From Octopus vulgaris (Eukaryota): 64,000 bases of DNA. The position numbers and the translations under genes are program-made. The stretch's first letter is position 1. Each line of letters opens with the position of its first letter. The stretch spans positions 109,740,001-109,804,000 of the forward strand of contig OX597814.1 in NCBI GenBank assembly GCA_951406725.2, written 5' to 3'. Under the pieces are notes generated by a model. The model was not told where the DNA came from and did not search any database. It saw nothing but the letters and a program-made list of their open reading frames with translations. Shown one piece after another: positions 52,864 through 64,000 of this stretch.

Positions 52864-55536
52864 ATATTTCTGCCTGTCTGTCTGTCTGTCTTTCTCTCTC
52901 TCTCTTTCTTTCTCTCTCTCTAAATCTCTGTCTATCTCTCTTTCTCTTTATCTGTCTGTCTGCTTCTGTCTGTCTCTGTCTGTCTCTGTTTGTCTGTCTG
53001 TCTGTCTCTCTTTCTCTCTCCCTCTCCCTCTCTGTCTTTCTTTTCCAGTTTCTAGTGAAGGTGCGTGGTTTAGTGGATAAAGTGCTGCACTCTCATTCAT
53101 AAGATCATGCTTCTGATCCCCGTGCTGGGCAGTGTGTTGCCTTCTTCAGCACGACACTTCATTTCACATTACTCCAGTCCACTGAGCTGTAAATAGGTTC
53201 CAGCAATAATTGGGAAGTTAACCCTGTGAAGGACTCACATCCCATTCAGGGGATGGGGTGTGTTGTAAACTCTGTCACTTCTATGCAATGGAAATTGGAT
53301 TATGTTTCTGTCTCGCGAGTTCTGGGACTTGGGACAGATCTAAGTTCGAGTTACAGCTTCTATATGTGGCCTGTAGGTACATTATGGCCAAATGGTTAAG
53401 AAGTTCGCTTTGCAGCTATGAGGTCCTGGGTTCTATCCCACTGCATGGCATCCCAGCAAATGTCATTTTCTATAACCTTGGGTCAACCAACACTTTGTGA
53501 ATGAAACAATTTAGGCAAAGCTATATAGAAACCTGCCAGGTGGATTGTACGTGTATTTGAAAAGGTACAGCCTTGTCACAAATTGTCTCATAGTGATTCT
53601 GCCTCAGAATTAGGTCACAAGCATGCATGTCTATGGAATACTCAGCCACTTACACATTAATTCAGGAGCAGATAATTCAGCTGATTGAACAAATGAATCC
53701 ACATTGTTGATTGATGGTGACTAATCACTATGGCTCATGTCAAGAAAAATCGTTTTCGTTCTGCCTCAGCTGTCTGTGGAATATTCAGCCATTTACACAT
53801 TAATTCAGGAGCAGGTAATTCAGTTGATCAAACCATGTAATCCTCTCTGCCACCTGATGGAAACCCGCCGCCATGTGTGACTCATCTCAAGAAAAGTTTT
53901 ATTCATTTTGTCTCAGCTTCTCTCATCATGTGACCTATAATCTTCGATGCCTTTCCCATAATGACCATCAAGGATGTGGTTTCAAACAGACATAGCTGTA
54001 AGGCTGTAATCTTCTTAATTTATTTTTAATTTCTCCCATTTTACTCATAAAATCTTGGTTTTCTCTCTAGCATCAATATTCTTACAAAGTGAGTTAGCTG
54101 TGTCGTATGCCTTTCTTTCTTTCTGAAAAATGGCTGTCAAATCTGTGTTCCGGTTACAGATTATATAATCTGATGCTGCCCTCTCTTATTCAGTTGATTC
54201 GCCTATCAAATAGCTATTTAATTACATATCAAATGTGTTGAAAAGGCGAAATTACATCCTTCATTTCAAATAAAACAAGCCACTAAAGTTTGAAGTGAAG
54301 GAAATAACGAAAGAAAATTGAACAAATAAAAACTAAGACAAACGCTCTAAAGTGTTAAGTTGGAAGATTGACTTGTTCCTTTCCTGTCACGACACACTGG
54401 AAAATTGATTCAGTAGGTATCAATTAAATTTGAGTATTGTTGTAGCATGCTGGTAAAACCACAGCTACTTAGACTTGTTATCAAAATAATCTTCTTCAGC
54501 ACTATGTTATCTATGTTTTGAAGTTGGTAACCAATCATGTCAGCTAGAAACACATTATCTACTAAAACAGAATATAAAGGCATAAAGCACCGTGGACCGG
54601 CGTTAAGTTCTTTATTTTCATCTACGTACATTAATTTCATGCGCAGTTTTAAAATCATTGAACAGGTGAATGAGCTGATAAAATTCTTGATTTCAACTCT
54701 TATAAATTCCAGTGTATGTTTGCAGGTGTATACTGCTTTTGTTTATCAGAGAACAAGAAAGTTCCAGTTGCCAACTACACAAATCAAATGATGTGTTAAA
54801 GAAAAAACACCGAGCCAACAACAATAACAACAGCATCAACAATGACATGTCTAGCATAAAACCCATGTCTCACTCTCAAACACTCCCTCCAAATAAATTG
54901 AGGGTGGAGGGGGCTTTCTACTGCTCATTACCTATTTCTTTATTACCCACAAGGGGCTAAACATAGAGGGGACAAACACGGACAGACAAACGGATTAAGT
55001 CGATTACATCAACCCCAGTACGTAACTGGTACTTAATTTATCGACCCCGAAAGGATGAAAGGCAAAGACAACCTCGGCAGAATTTGAACTCAGAACGTAG
55101 CGACAGATGAAATACTGCTAAGCATTTCACCCGGCGTCCTGACGTTTCTGCCAGCTCTCTGCCTTTTTACCTGTCTTGCAAGGTATTTGGCAACTTGACT
55201 GGTGCTGCCGGCATGAAAAAAAGCAACCAATACACATTATAAAAAGATTAGTATTAGGAAGGGTATCCAGCCATAGAAACCATGTCAGTGCAGACATTGG
55301 GGCTCATGGCAGCCCTGTGGCTCATTGGGAACTTGTCAAAATGTCTAATGCATACCAGAATGGAAAATGGACATAAAATGATGATGGTGATAAGGACAAG
55401 GGCTCAGAAATACAGAGGGGTTTTGAACAACAGTTGTTAAGATGTTCATGAGTTTCTGGAAGGGTTAGTGGTGATGTGAAATGAAAGCAATTTGCAAGAC
55501 TCAACTCCTTAGGAACTTACTTCTAACCCCCTAAAA

Positions 55537-55669
55537 CAGTGGTTCTCAACTGTGGACCCCTTTTTCTGTAATTGACTTGTGTTTTACTTCTTTTGGTGCA
55601 GTTCTCCCCTAAAAAAAAAGATCCAGGGTTTGGACTTGACCCAGATATTAAAAAGATTGAGAATCACTG
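55537..55669. mobile_element. Small hAT/Charlie-like MITE
   Basis: Ends cagtggttctcaa / ttgagaatcactg. No clean TSD. Confidence 0.55.
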
Positions 55670-57132
55670 CTATATACTCTCAGTATAACTAATGATTTCT
55701 GAGTTAACACCAGTATATAACTGGTATTTCAGTTTTTGACTCCTGAAAGCATGACAAAGTTGATCTCAGCCTATGTTAAAAAACAAACAAACAAAGAAAA
55801 AACAAAGATTAAAAATGCCATTTTTTTATATTTGCAAAACCGTTATTGTCTCTGCAGCATCTGGTTGTTATTGGAGATGGACTAGCAGAATCGTTAGCAT
55901 AATGAACGAAATGCTTTTGGTGAAATGCTTAGCAGTATTTCGTCTGCGATTATGTTCTGAGTTCAAATTCCGCCGAGGTCGACTTTGCCTTTCATTCTTT
56001 CGGCGTCGATTAAATAAGTACCAGTTACGCACTGGGATCGATATAATCGACTTAATCTGTGTGTCTGTCCTTGTTTGTCCCCTTTGTGTTTAGCCCCTTG
56101 TGGGTAGTAAAGAAATAGGTATTTCTTCTGGCTTTACATTCTTAGTTCAAATGCTGGTGAGGGCAACTTTGCCTTTCCTCTTCTTGTGGTCAATAAAATA
56201 AGTATCAGTCAAATACTGGAGTCCACATAACTGACCAGCCTCCGCCCCACAAGATTTCAGGCCTTGTGCCTATAGTAGAAAGGGTTAATAACTTTACCCT
56301 TTATGTTAATAAAAATAGGTGAAAAAAATGTATACATAGACTGAGATACGGTGGTGTTCACATAAGCACATACATGTGTACATTATTTATGCTCATACTT
56401 ATGCATATGCTTGCAAGTAAAGTGTACGCTTACTCTTCTGCACAAAGACATTGAAAAAATTACAAAGAAGAGAAAATTGAAATGACTGAAAGTGGATGGT
56501 ATTAGCATAATATAGTAAAGCTTTCAGTGAAAGTGGAGGTAGGACGTATAATATGGCCGTATTGATGCCAAAACAATATAACATGAGAAAACAATGGAAA
56601 TAAATACAGTTTTGTTGTTGGCTTTTTAAGCTGTTAAGCAGAGAAGAATACAAATCTTGGAGATTAAATATATGACATTGAACGACTTGTAAAAAAAGAG
56701 GAATGTAATTTAATCTAATTAGAAGACAAAGTGAGGAAGGAAAATGGACGAAAATAAACAGAAATTGTTGTGGTGTTACTACTTAAAAGATATTTCACTT
56801 TATAAATCAGTATTTCACACTTATGTTATTACTACTATTTCTTCTTAACGTTCTCTCATTTATCGTCTGACACCATTGTTTCTCTTTTTTATGTTCACCT
56901 GTCTGTCTTTTTGCTCTCTCACCACCACCACCACCACCACCACCCGTATAGTCTGTCATTTGTGTCTGAATGTTGTCTTGTTTCTTCCTTTCTTAATTCT
57001 TGCTAACAGCAATTTCTTTTCTTGTTTTGCATTTCTGATCTTACATAGTCTCATGAATCATCTTGTATCTCTTTTCATATATTGTTTAAGTAACAGGTGA
57101 CAAAGTACTTCATTCTTGTTGTAGATTTATTA

Positions 57133-57187
<55 letters not shown>

Positions 57188-57389
57188 TTACGTTATTCTT
57201 GCTTTGTTTTATCTGATCTGTTCCAAGTCTCACCCAGAGACTTCAAGTAATAGCAAATTGGATGTTTTACAGTGGGTGTTATTTATGATTAGCAATGATA
57301 TATTACAGGAGGAGACCAGAATCTGATAACAAAGATTCTGTTAAATTTGTAATATTTCACTTTTAAAGGAGTTTTAAGAGAATCTGGTA

Positions 57390-58775
57390 TTTTCAAGTTG
57401 ACAATGTTTTCCTTTGGATGTGGATAGTAGCCATGAAAATAATTTTTTGTAGTTCTGATGGCTTGGAGTCTTCTGGTATTTGGACACAGTGTTTAAGAGT
57501 GCCAGTGGTATTGTGACCAAAGCGCTGATGATCACGGGTACAATTGTTGTTCTTAGATGTCACAATTTTGAAGAACTCTTTTTCAAGATCTTTATATTTA
57601 CTAAACTTTTCAAATGATTTTACAGATGTGGTGCAATCTGTTGAGAATAACATATCTATGTGCAGACATGTTTTGTCAACATGATTTTCTTTCACAATAT
57701 CTGGTTCGTTGGCCTGAATCAGTTTGAGTAGAAAAGTCCCAAATAATAGTAATAACTTTATTTTTAACTACTTTTGCAGGCTTATCTTCCCATCGGTTCT
57801 TCTCAAATGGGAATCCAGGCTTATGGCATATTCTCCTGTGCAATTATTGCCCAGGTCTATCATAGCAATTAATATATTCATTTGAGGCTAACAGAAAGCA
57901 TCCAGAGATGAAGTGATCAATTGTTTCTCTGGTTGCATCCCAAAAGCAGCGAGCAGAATCAGCACCATTTTAAAGAATTCTTGCTTAGTAGTTTCTGATT
58001 GGCAGACACTGATCCCGAGCTACAATAATGAAGCCCTCTGTTTCTGTGATAGCATGTTGTCAACTCAATATGACAGTCCCATGAAAGGGAAGAATGCTAC
58101 TGTTATTTAGCCCCAGGAAACACCATTTCCTATTGGACTTGACACATTTCCTGTGTCCTTATGATTTCAAAGTGGAGATAAGTACCTCCACCTAGCAAAG
58201 CCAGCATCCAGAGACTAGTTTCAGAGCCATTGCTCATCATCAGTCTGGAGTAGCATGGCTTGCTAGCTGTTGATGCCTATCCACCTTTGAAAACATATAT
58301 TTCAAGTGAAATGATTTCACTGATTTTTGAAAATAGAAATAATATATTTCTAAATCTCTCAGAGAGATTTATGCAGTAGCCAAACAGTGATGGATCATAT
58401 TTGTATCTACATCAAGATTGCTGACCCTTGTAAAGTGTAAAACTGCAAAGCCCTACTTTTCCATCTCTTTCACAGTTCTGTGATTCTATTTGATTTAGTT
58501 TTTGTTTTGTTGGTGCAGTAGGTTCTTCTCTTTCATCCAGTTGCATTTCAATCTTATTGATTTTTAAAATTATTTACTAATTTTTGCTTCTTCTAATCTT
58601 GAGTACATTGTGTTGGAACTTTCATACTTGCAGACTAATTTAAGCATCCAGTCATTGGTGTTCTTTAGATAAGTGTCTGTCCCTGTGGTCGCTGTCTTTA
58701 GAAACAGGAGTAACTGCATCAGTCTACATCCTCCAACTTTTTGTGGGATGTAGACGTTATCTATATCTGCATTGT
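57390..58775 (-). pseudogene. Decayed R4/Dong-like LINE 3' half (restriction-like endonuclease region), interrupted by insertions
   Basis: DNVYIPQKVGGCRL at the end of the RT, then QANEPDIV..CLHIDM..KFSKYKDL..LQKII. Smaller remnants lie at ~32330-32630 and ~46700-46810. Confidence 0.7.
58207..58249 (-). ncRNA. Minimal type I hammerhead ribozyme
   Basis: The minus strand reads tccaga-CTGATGA-t-gagc-aatg-gctc-t-GAAA-ctag-TC-tctgga. It has a 6-bp stem I, an intact core, a 4-bp stem II, a palindromic ACTAGT stem III and a GUC cleavage triplet. Confidence 0.8.
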
Positions 58776-59361
58776 TATTATCATTATTATCATTATTATT
58801 ATTATTATTATTATTATTGAGTGAGAGAACAGTGCATGCCATCAAAATGACACTGGGGTTAAATATACGAAGCCCAGTATACCCATCATGACAACCTTTC
58901 TGATAAGGGTACACCAGGCACCATATGAGCATGACATGGTGATCTTGTATCAAGATAAACAGCACATGACATTGCAGGTGGGGGCCCAGTTAGAATTTTC
59001 TTCAGTTTGAGTAGCCCATCCCACTCAAAAGGTCCCTGAATAAAGGTTGTTTAAGGATGATGAACAAAACACCCATGTTTTCAGAGGTGAATTATTCAAA
59101 TCCCATAGAATCCCTCTCAACACATGGCTATGAAGCTCCCCCACAACTTCTGCTCATGATCAGAGATGCACATATCGTCAGCCACTAAGGGACATGGTCA
59201 ACTGGTTAAGGTCAAACAACTGACAAGCAAATCTGTAGTATTGAACAGAATATTTGCTGTAGCCCATCTTTTATACCAAGACAAAACAATGTACATGATA
59301 ACACTTCCATTCAGTTAAGATCAGCTGCCAAGAGAGCCACTGTCTGGTACTGCATCAGGGC

Positions 59362-59401
<40 letters not shown>

Positions 59402-59427
59402 GTTGTTGTTGTTGTTGTTGTTGTTAA

Positions 59428-59484
<57 letters not shown>

Positions 59485-60405
59485 TACTACTACTACTACT
59501 ACTATTGGTGGTGAGCCAGCAGATTCATTAGCATGCTGGATGAAATGTTTAGCAATATTTCACCTGTCGCTATGTTCTGAGTTCAAATTCCGCCAATGTC
59601 GACTTTGTCTTTCATCTTTCTGGGGTCGATAAAATTAGTACCAGTTGAACACTAGGATCAATATACTTGACTCATCCACTTCCCTGAAATTGTTGGCCTT
59701 GTGCCAAAATTTGAAATTATCCTTATTATGCTGCTGATGATGTAATGTCTCCTGAGGATTGAGAGATTAAGAGTGCATGGAAACTCCAACTAACAACGTC
59801 TGTGTGGTGTTAAAGCCATAATGATATTTTTTAGGCAGCTGATGAAGGGATGTGTACATTTGGTATGCTCTTCTATTTGTATGTGAGGTTGACTATGAAC
59901 ATTTCATATCTTGTGTTCTCATTGTTTCGGAGTTGTTCTTCACTGAGATTCTAGTTTTAGGGAGTTTATAGTTTATGGAAGTCCCACTACATGTTATCTT
60001 GTGCAAGTGTTTTCTGCTATAACCCCAGACCAACCAATGTTTTCAGAGCGGATTTGATAGAGGGAAACAGATGGAAGCCTGTGGTGTATATGTATATATA
60101 TATGTGTGTGTGTGTATGTGTGTATACATAAACACATACACATGCACACACAGCCACATACACACATCAATATTGTGTGTGTGTATTAGTGTCCCCTTGA
60201 TATCACAAAATAGTTGTGAATGGGCATCAGTGTCGTTCGTTTCCAATCTACCATAGAAGCATGTCTGGTCATAGGCAAACATAACCTTGGTTGGAAACAG
60301 GTGAAGGTTGATGACAGGATGGGCATCCAGCTGTAGAAAATCTTCCTCACTAGACAGCCCACCAGATGCAAGCAGGGAAGGGTTGACATAGACATGATGA
60401 TAATG

Positions 60406-60442
<37 letters not shown>

Positions 60443-60533
60443 ATATGAGGGAATATTATTCCAAACTTACAGGGAAAAATTCAATTTAGAAATACTAAAT
60501 CAAATTTCACAAAATATAATATATATATATATA

Positions 60534-60753
60534 AATTAGAAAAAACCCACCTTTTATCAATTCAAAATGAAAAATTAAATTACATATAATAGAAAGATTA
60601 AATATAAGATAAAAAATATAACGATTTTATATTATTTTGTACATTACTTAATCATCGTTATATATTTTATCTTATATTTAATCTTTCTATTATATGTAAT
60701 TTTCTAGATGGTGTAATTCAATTTTTTCATTTTGAATTGATAAAAGGTGGTTT

Positions 60754-60762
<9 letters not shown>
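60534..60762. repeat. AT-rich foldback embedded in (TA)n
   Basis: attagaaaaaacccaccttttatcaattcaaaatgaaaaa...atataacgat and its reverse complement. Confidence 0.85.
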
Positions 60763-60794
<32 letters not shown>

Positions 60795-61189
60795 ACCTGT
60801 GTGTGTGTGTGTAATAACGAATATATTAAGGTGGATGGGGACTACCTATATGATCTGCTAGAAATAGTAGCCAAATGTCTCTCAGATCACATCCTACCAA
60901 CTTCAAAGAGAAAAGAAAAGTATAATTGAACGACGAATTGAAAAGATTTGGGAAAATAGGATGTTCACAGCAAGCCTTTAACCGAGGGGAGCTCCATTAG
61001 AGCTGACCTAGGGTTAAACAATAACAACAACAACAACAACAATGGTGATCTAAAAGAAATGGTTTGATGCTATTAATTGCAGAACTATTGACAGAAATGA
61101 AACAATATTTTGCCAAGCTTTCTTTTCTCTCTCTCTCACTCTCTTCCTCTCTCTCCCTCCCTCCCTCTCTCTCTCTCTCTCTCTCTCAC

Positions 61190-61312
61190 TCTCTCTGATA
61201 TCTTCAATATCATTTCCTATACATTCTTCTTTATCAAACAGTGATTGCTGAGTAGCCATATTTATTGACTTGTAATCCTCAAAGTCTGTTCCAATAATCC
61301 TGGACACAGTTA
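61190..61312 (-). CDS. Candidate exon of an unidentified gene (TVSRIIGTDFEDYKSINMATQQSLFDKEECIGNDIEDIRE)
   Basis: Unique sequence, 123 nt, ag/gtgaga boundaries, phase 1-1 and an open frame. No recognisable domain. Confidence 0.3.
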
Positions 61313-61560
61313 CTGTTTTAAGTACAGAATACAGCTACTTTTATATGCCACACACACACAGACAAACATATTTATGTATATGTTTATATATATGTATACT
61401 TATATATATGTGTGTGTATAATATATATATATATATACTAGCAGCGTTGCCCGGGTATGTAAGAAACTTTGTCGATAAGCAATTCCCTTTACCTTTTTAC
61501 CCTTTTTTGTACTCATTGAACCGTTATTTTGTTTTTTATAAGCGTTAAAATGTGTACAAT

Positions 61561-61776
61561 AAGATACAAATAAGATGATGATTTATCTTTGAAAGCAGAT
61601 ACCCCATTGGAACAGTAGAAATATTGGATAAATTACCCTTACAAAGTAGTAATTTCAACAACCAGCCATGGTTCTTGAAAAATTTTTCTATTTTGCAAGG
61701 GTAATTTATCCAACATTTCTACTGTTCCAACAGGGTATCTGCATTCAAAGATAAATTATCATCTTATTTGTATCTT
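61561..61776. repeat. Near-perfect ~216-bp palindrome
   Basis: aagatacaaataagatga..ttggaacagtagaaat.ttggataaattaccctt and its reverse complement. Confidence 0.9.
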
Positions 61777-61791
61777 AAAAATATATATACA

Positions 61792-62570
61792 CTAGCAGCA
61801 TAGCCCGGCGTTGCCCGGTATGTAAGAAACTTTGTCGATAAGCAATGCCCTTTACCTTTTTACCCTTTTTTGTACTCATTGTACTCATTTACTATTTTGT
61901 AAAATGAAGCCTAAAAGGCATTAAGGCATTCAAGGCACCGTTCCCTTGCATGCATGAAGAAGTAGGGAAAATCTATGTGAACTTTCAAAAAATATTGCAG
62001 AAAAATCGGTTTGCTATGTGTGCCACATATGATGTAATTAACCGATTTTTTCCAGTAATAATGTATCCTATTGGAATGAAAAGGGCCATATAGCTCCTTG
62101 GAGTAGACATGATGCTCGCTGTGAATTTAAAAAAAAATTCCTGCCAATTTGTTAAAGATATTGTCGAAAATATGTCATCTTGAATTTGAACGCGATTTCC
62201 CAAAATGGCATGATTTTATCGATTTTTTCTGATGGTAAGGTATTGCATGGAAAACTAACGACAGAATTAGGTTCCTTAGGGTAACATTAAGCTTCACCAT
62301 GAGTTTGGTGAAAATCGATTGCATGTTGCGAAAACTACAACGGAAAATGTGTTGCATATGATAAGCTTAGATTCTAGACCCCATGTCGAATTTATCGATT
62401 TTTTTCAGAACTGGGGGAACTTTTCAAAATTTTCGCTGCATTAGTTTTGAATTATGACATTGGGCTATGTGTGTGTCAAGTTTCATCAGAATCGGTTGAA
62501 AGCCGTGGTCAGGGTGAGGGTATAACCTGACAGACACACAGACAGACAACTTGCCTTTTATATATATAGA
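61792..62570 (-). mobile_element. Non-autonomous Helitron, with a duplicate 3' end at 61438-61519
   Basis: On the minus strand the 5' end is TCTATATATATAAAAG followed by (TGTC)n. The 3' end has a GC hairpin ccgg-gcaacg-ccgg and then CTAG|T. Confidence 0.75.
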
Positions 62571-62607
62571 GATATATGTATATATATATATGTATATATA
62601 TATGTGC

Positions 62608-62738
<131 letters not shown>

Positions 62739-63154
62739 GTATATATATATTCTTAATACATTCCAGCAGGTTCAAATATGACTAAGGTAATCGCTGTTGT
62801 CTTCTTCACAGCACAATAACTTCTACTTTACAAAGTATGTTACAACATATTCATTAGTACAATGTATATATATGTCTATATATATATATATATATATTTA
62901 TTTATTTATGTATGTATGTATGTATTAGACTTTACTATTTTTTGCATGTTAGAATTCTTTGTCGAAGAAAGGAGCTGGTTTCTAATAAAGAAACATCACT
63001 GTAATGTTGCTAAAACAATCAACAGCTGCTGCTACACTTTGAACCTTGCAAAAGACTTGCAGATTTTTACTGTTCCACTTGCAGATTGTATTTGCAAAGT
63101 GTGTGTTAGCCAGTCTCTTTATGTGCTCGAAAATCCTAGCTTTTTCCAGATTCT

Positions 63155-63701
63155 GGTGATGGTGGTGGAGGTGGTGGTGGTGGTGGCAATGATGATGGTG
63201 TTGTTGGTAGTGGAGGTGGCAGTATTGGTGGTGATGGAGATGATAGTAGTAGTGGTGGTACTTGTGGTAGTAGTGGTGGTGGAAGTGGTGGTAGTGGTGG
63301 TGGTACTTGTGATGATGGTGGTGGTGATAGCGGTGGTGGTGGTAGAGGTGGTGGCAATGATGGTAGTAGTGGTGGTGATGGTGTTGGTAGTAGTGGTGAT
63401 GGAAGCAGTGGTGGTGGTGGTGATATTACTGGTGGTGATGGTGGTGGTGTTGTCGATGTTCATGTTATTGATTTTTGCATTAGCAGTGGTGATGGTGGTG
63501 GTTGTGATGGTAATCATGGTGATACTCATTGTTGGTGGTGGGAGTGGAGGGGGCTGGTAGTGATGGTAGTGGGTGGTAGTTTTATTTTGGTTGGTGGTGA
63601 TTGTAGTAGTCATGGTGGTATTGGTGTTGAAGGTGGTGGTGGTAGTTTTCGTGATGGTAATAGACTTGGCGGTAGTAATAGTAATAGAAGTAGTGATTGC
63701 T

Positions 63702-63738
<37 letters not shown>

Positions 63739-64000
63739 AGCAGCAGTAGTGGTGATGATGGTGGTGGTGGTAGTAGCAGCAGTAGCAGCAGTAGTAGTAG
63801 TAGACGTAGTAGTAGTAGTTGTAGTAGTAGTAGTAATAGTAGCGGTAGTAAAGCAGTAACAGTAGTAGCTGTAATAGTAGTGGTGGTGAGAGTAATGGTA
63901 GTAGCAGTAGTATTAGTAGTGGTGATGGTTGTAGTAGTAGTAGATGTTGTAGTAGAACTAGTTGTAGTGGTGACAGCAGTAGTGGCTGTGGTTGTGGTTG
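63155..64000. repeat. Compound (GGT/AGT/GAT)n repeat
   Basis: Degenerate trinucleotide array running to the window end. Confidence 0.95.

Noticed and set aside
62862-63859. Poly-Val/Thr/Pro ORFs
   Set aside because: They are translations of the (GGT/AGT)n repeat.

Overview
This is an AT-rich, repeat-dense stretch of animal genomic DNA with no prokaryotic features. The SINE families and the microsatellite load suggest a coleoid cephalopod, probably Octopus; that assignment is inferred. Almost all ORFs in the supplied track come from microsatellites or SINEs. One intact spliced gene can be reconstructed by hand on the minus strand. It has coding exons at 42262-42323, 33589-33719, 30910-31077 and 18415-18524, plus a candidate ATG-only first exon at 44647-44649, and encodes a ~157-aa signal-peptide protein with four EF-hand loops. 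The rest is transposon material: a Penelope GIY-YIG remnant, a Merlin element with ~160-bp TIRs, a Gypsy integrase fragment, a decayed mariner, RTE and R4/Dong-like LINE fragments, hAT and pogo MITEs (some nested), non-autonomous Helitrons, foldback elements and many SINEs. There is also one structurally complete minimal type I hammerhead ribozyme (58207-58249, minus) at the tip of a long hairpin, with several degenerate relatives elsewhere in the window.
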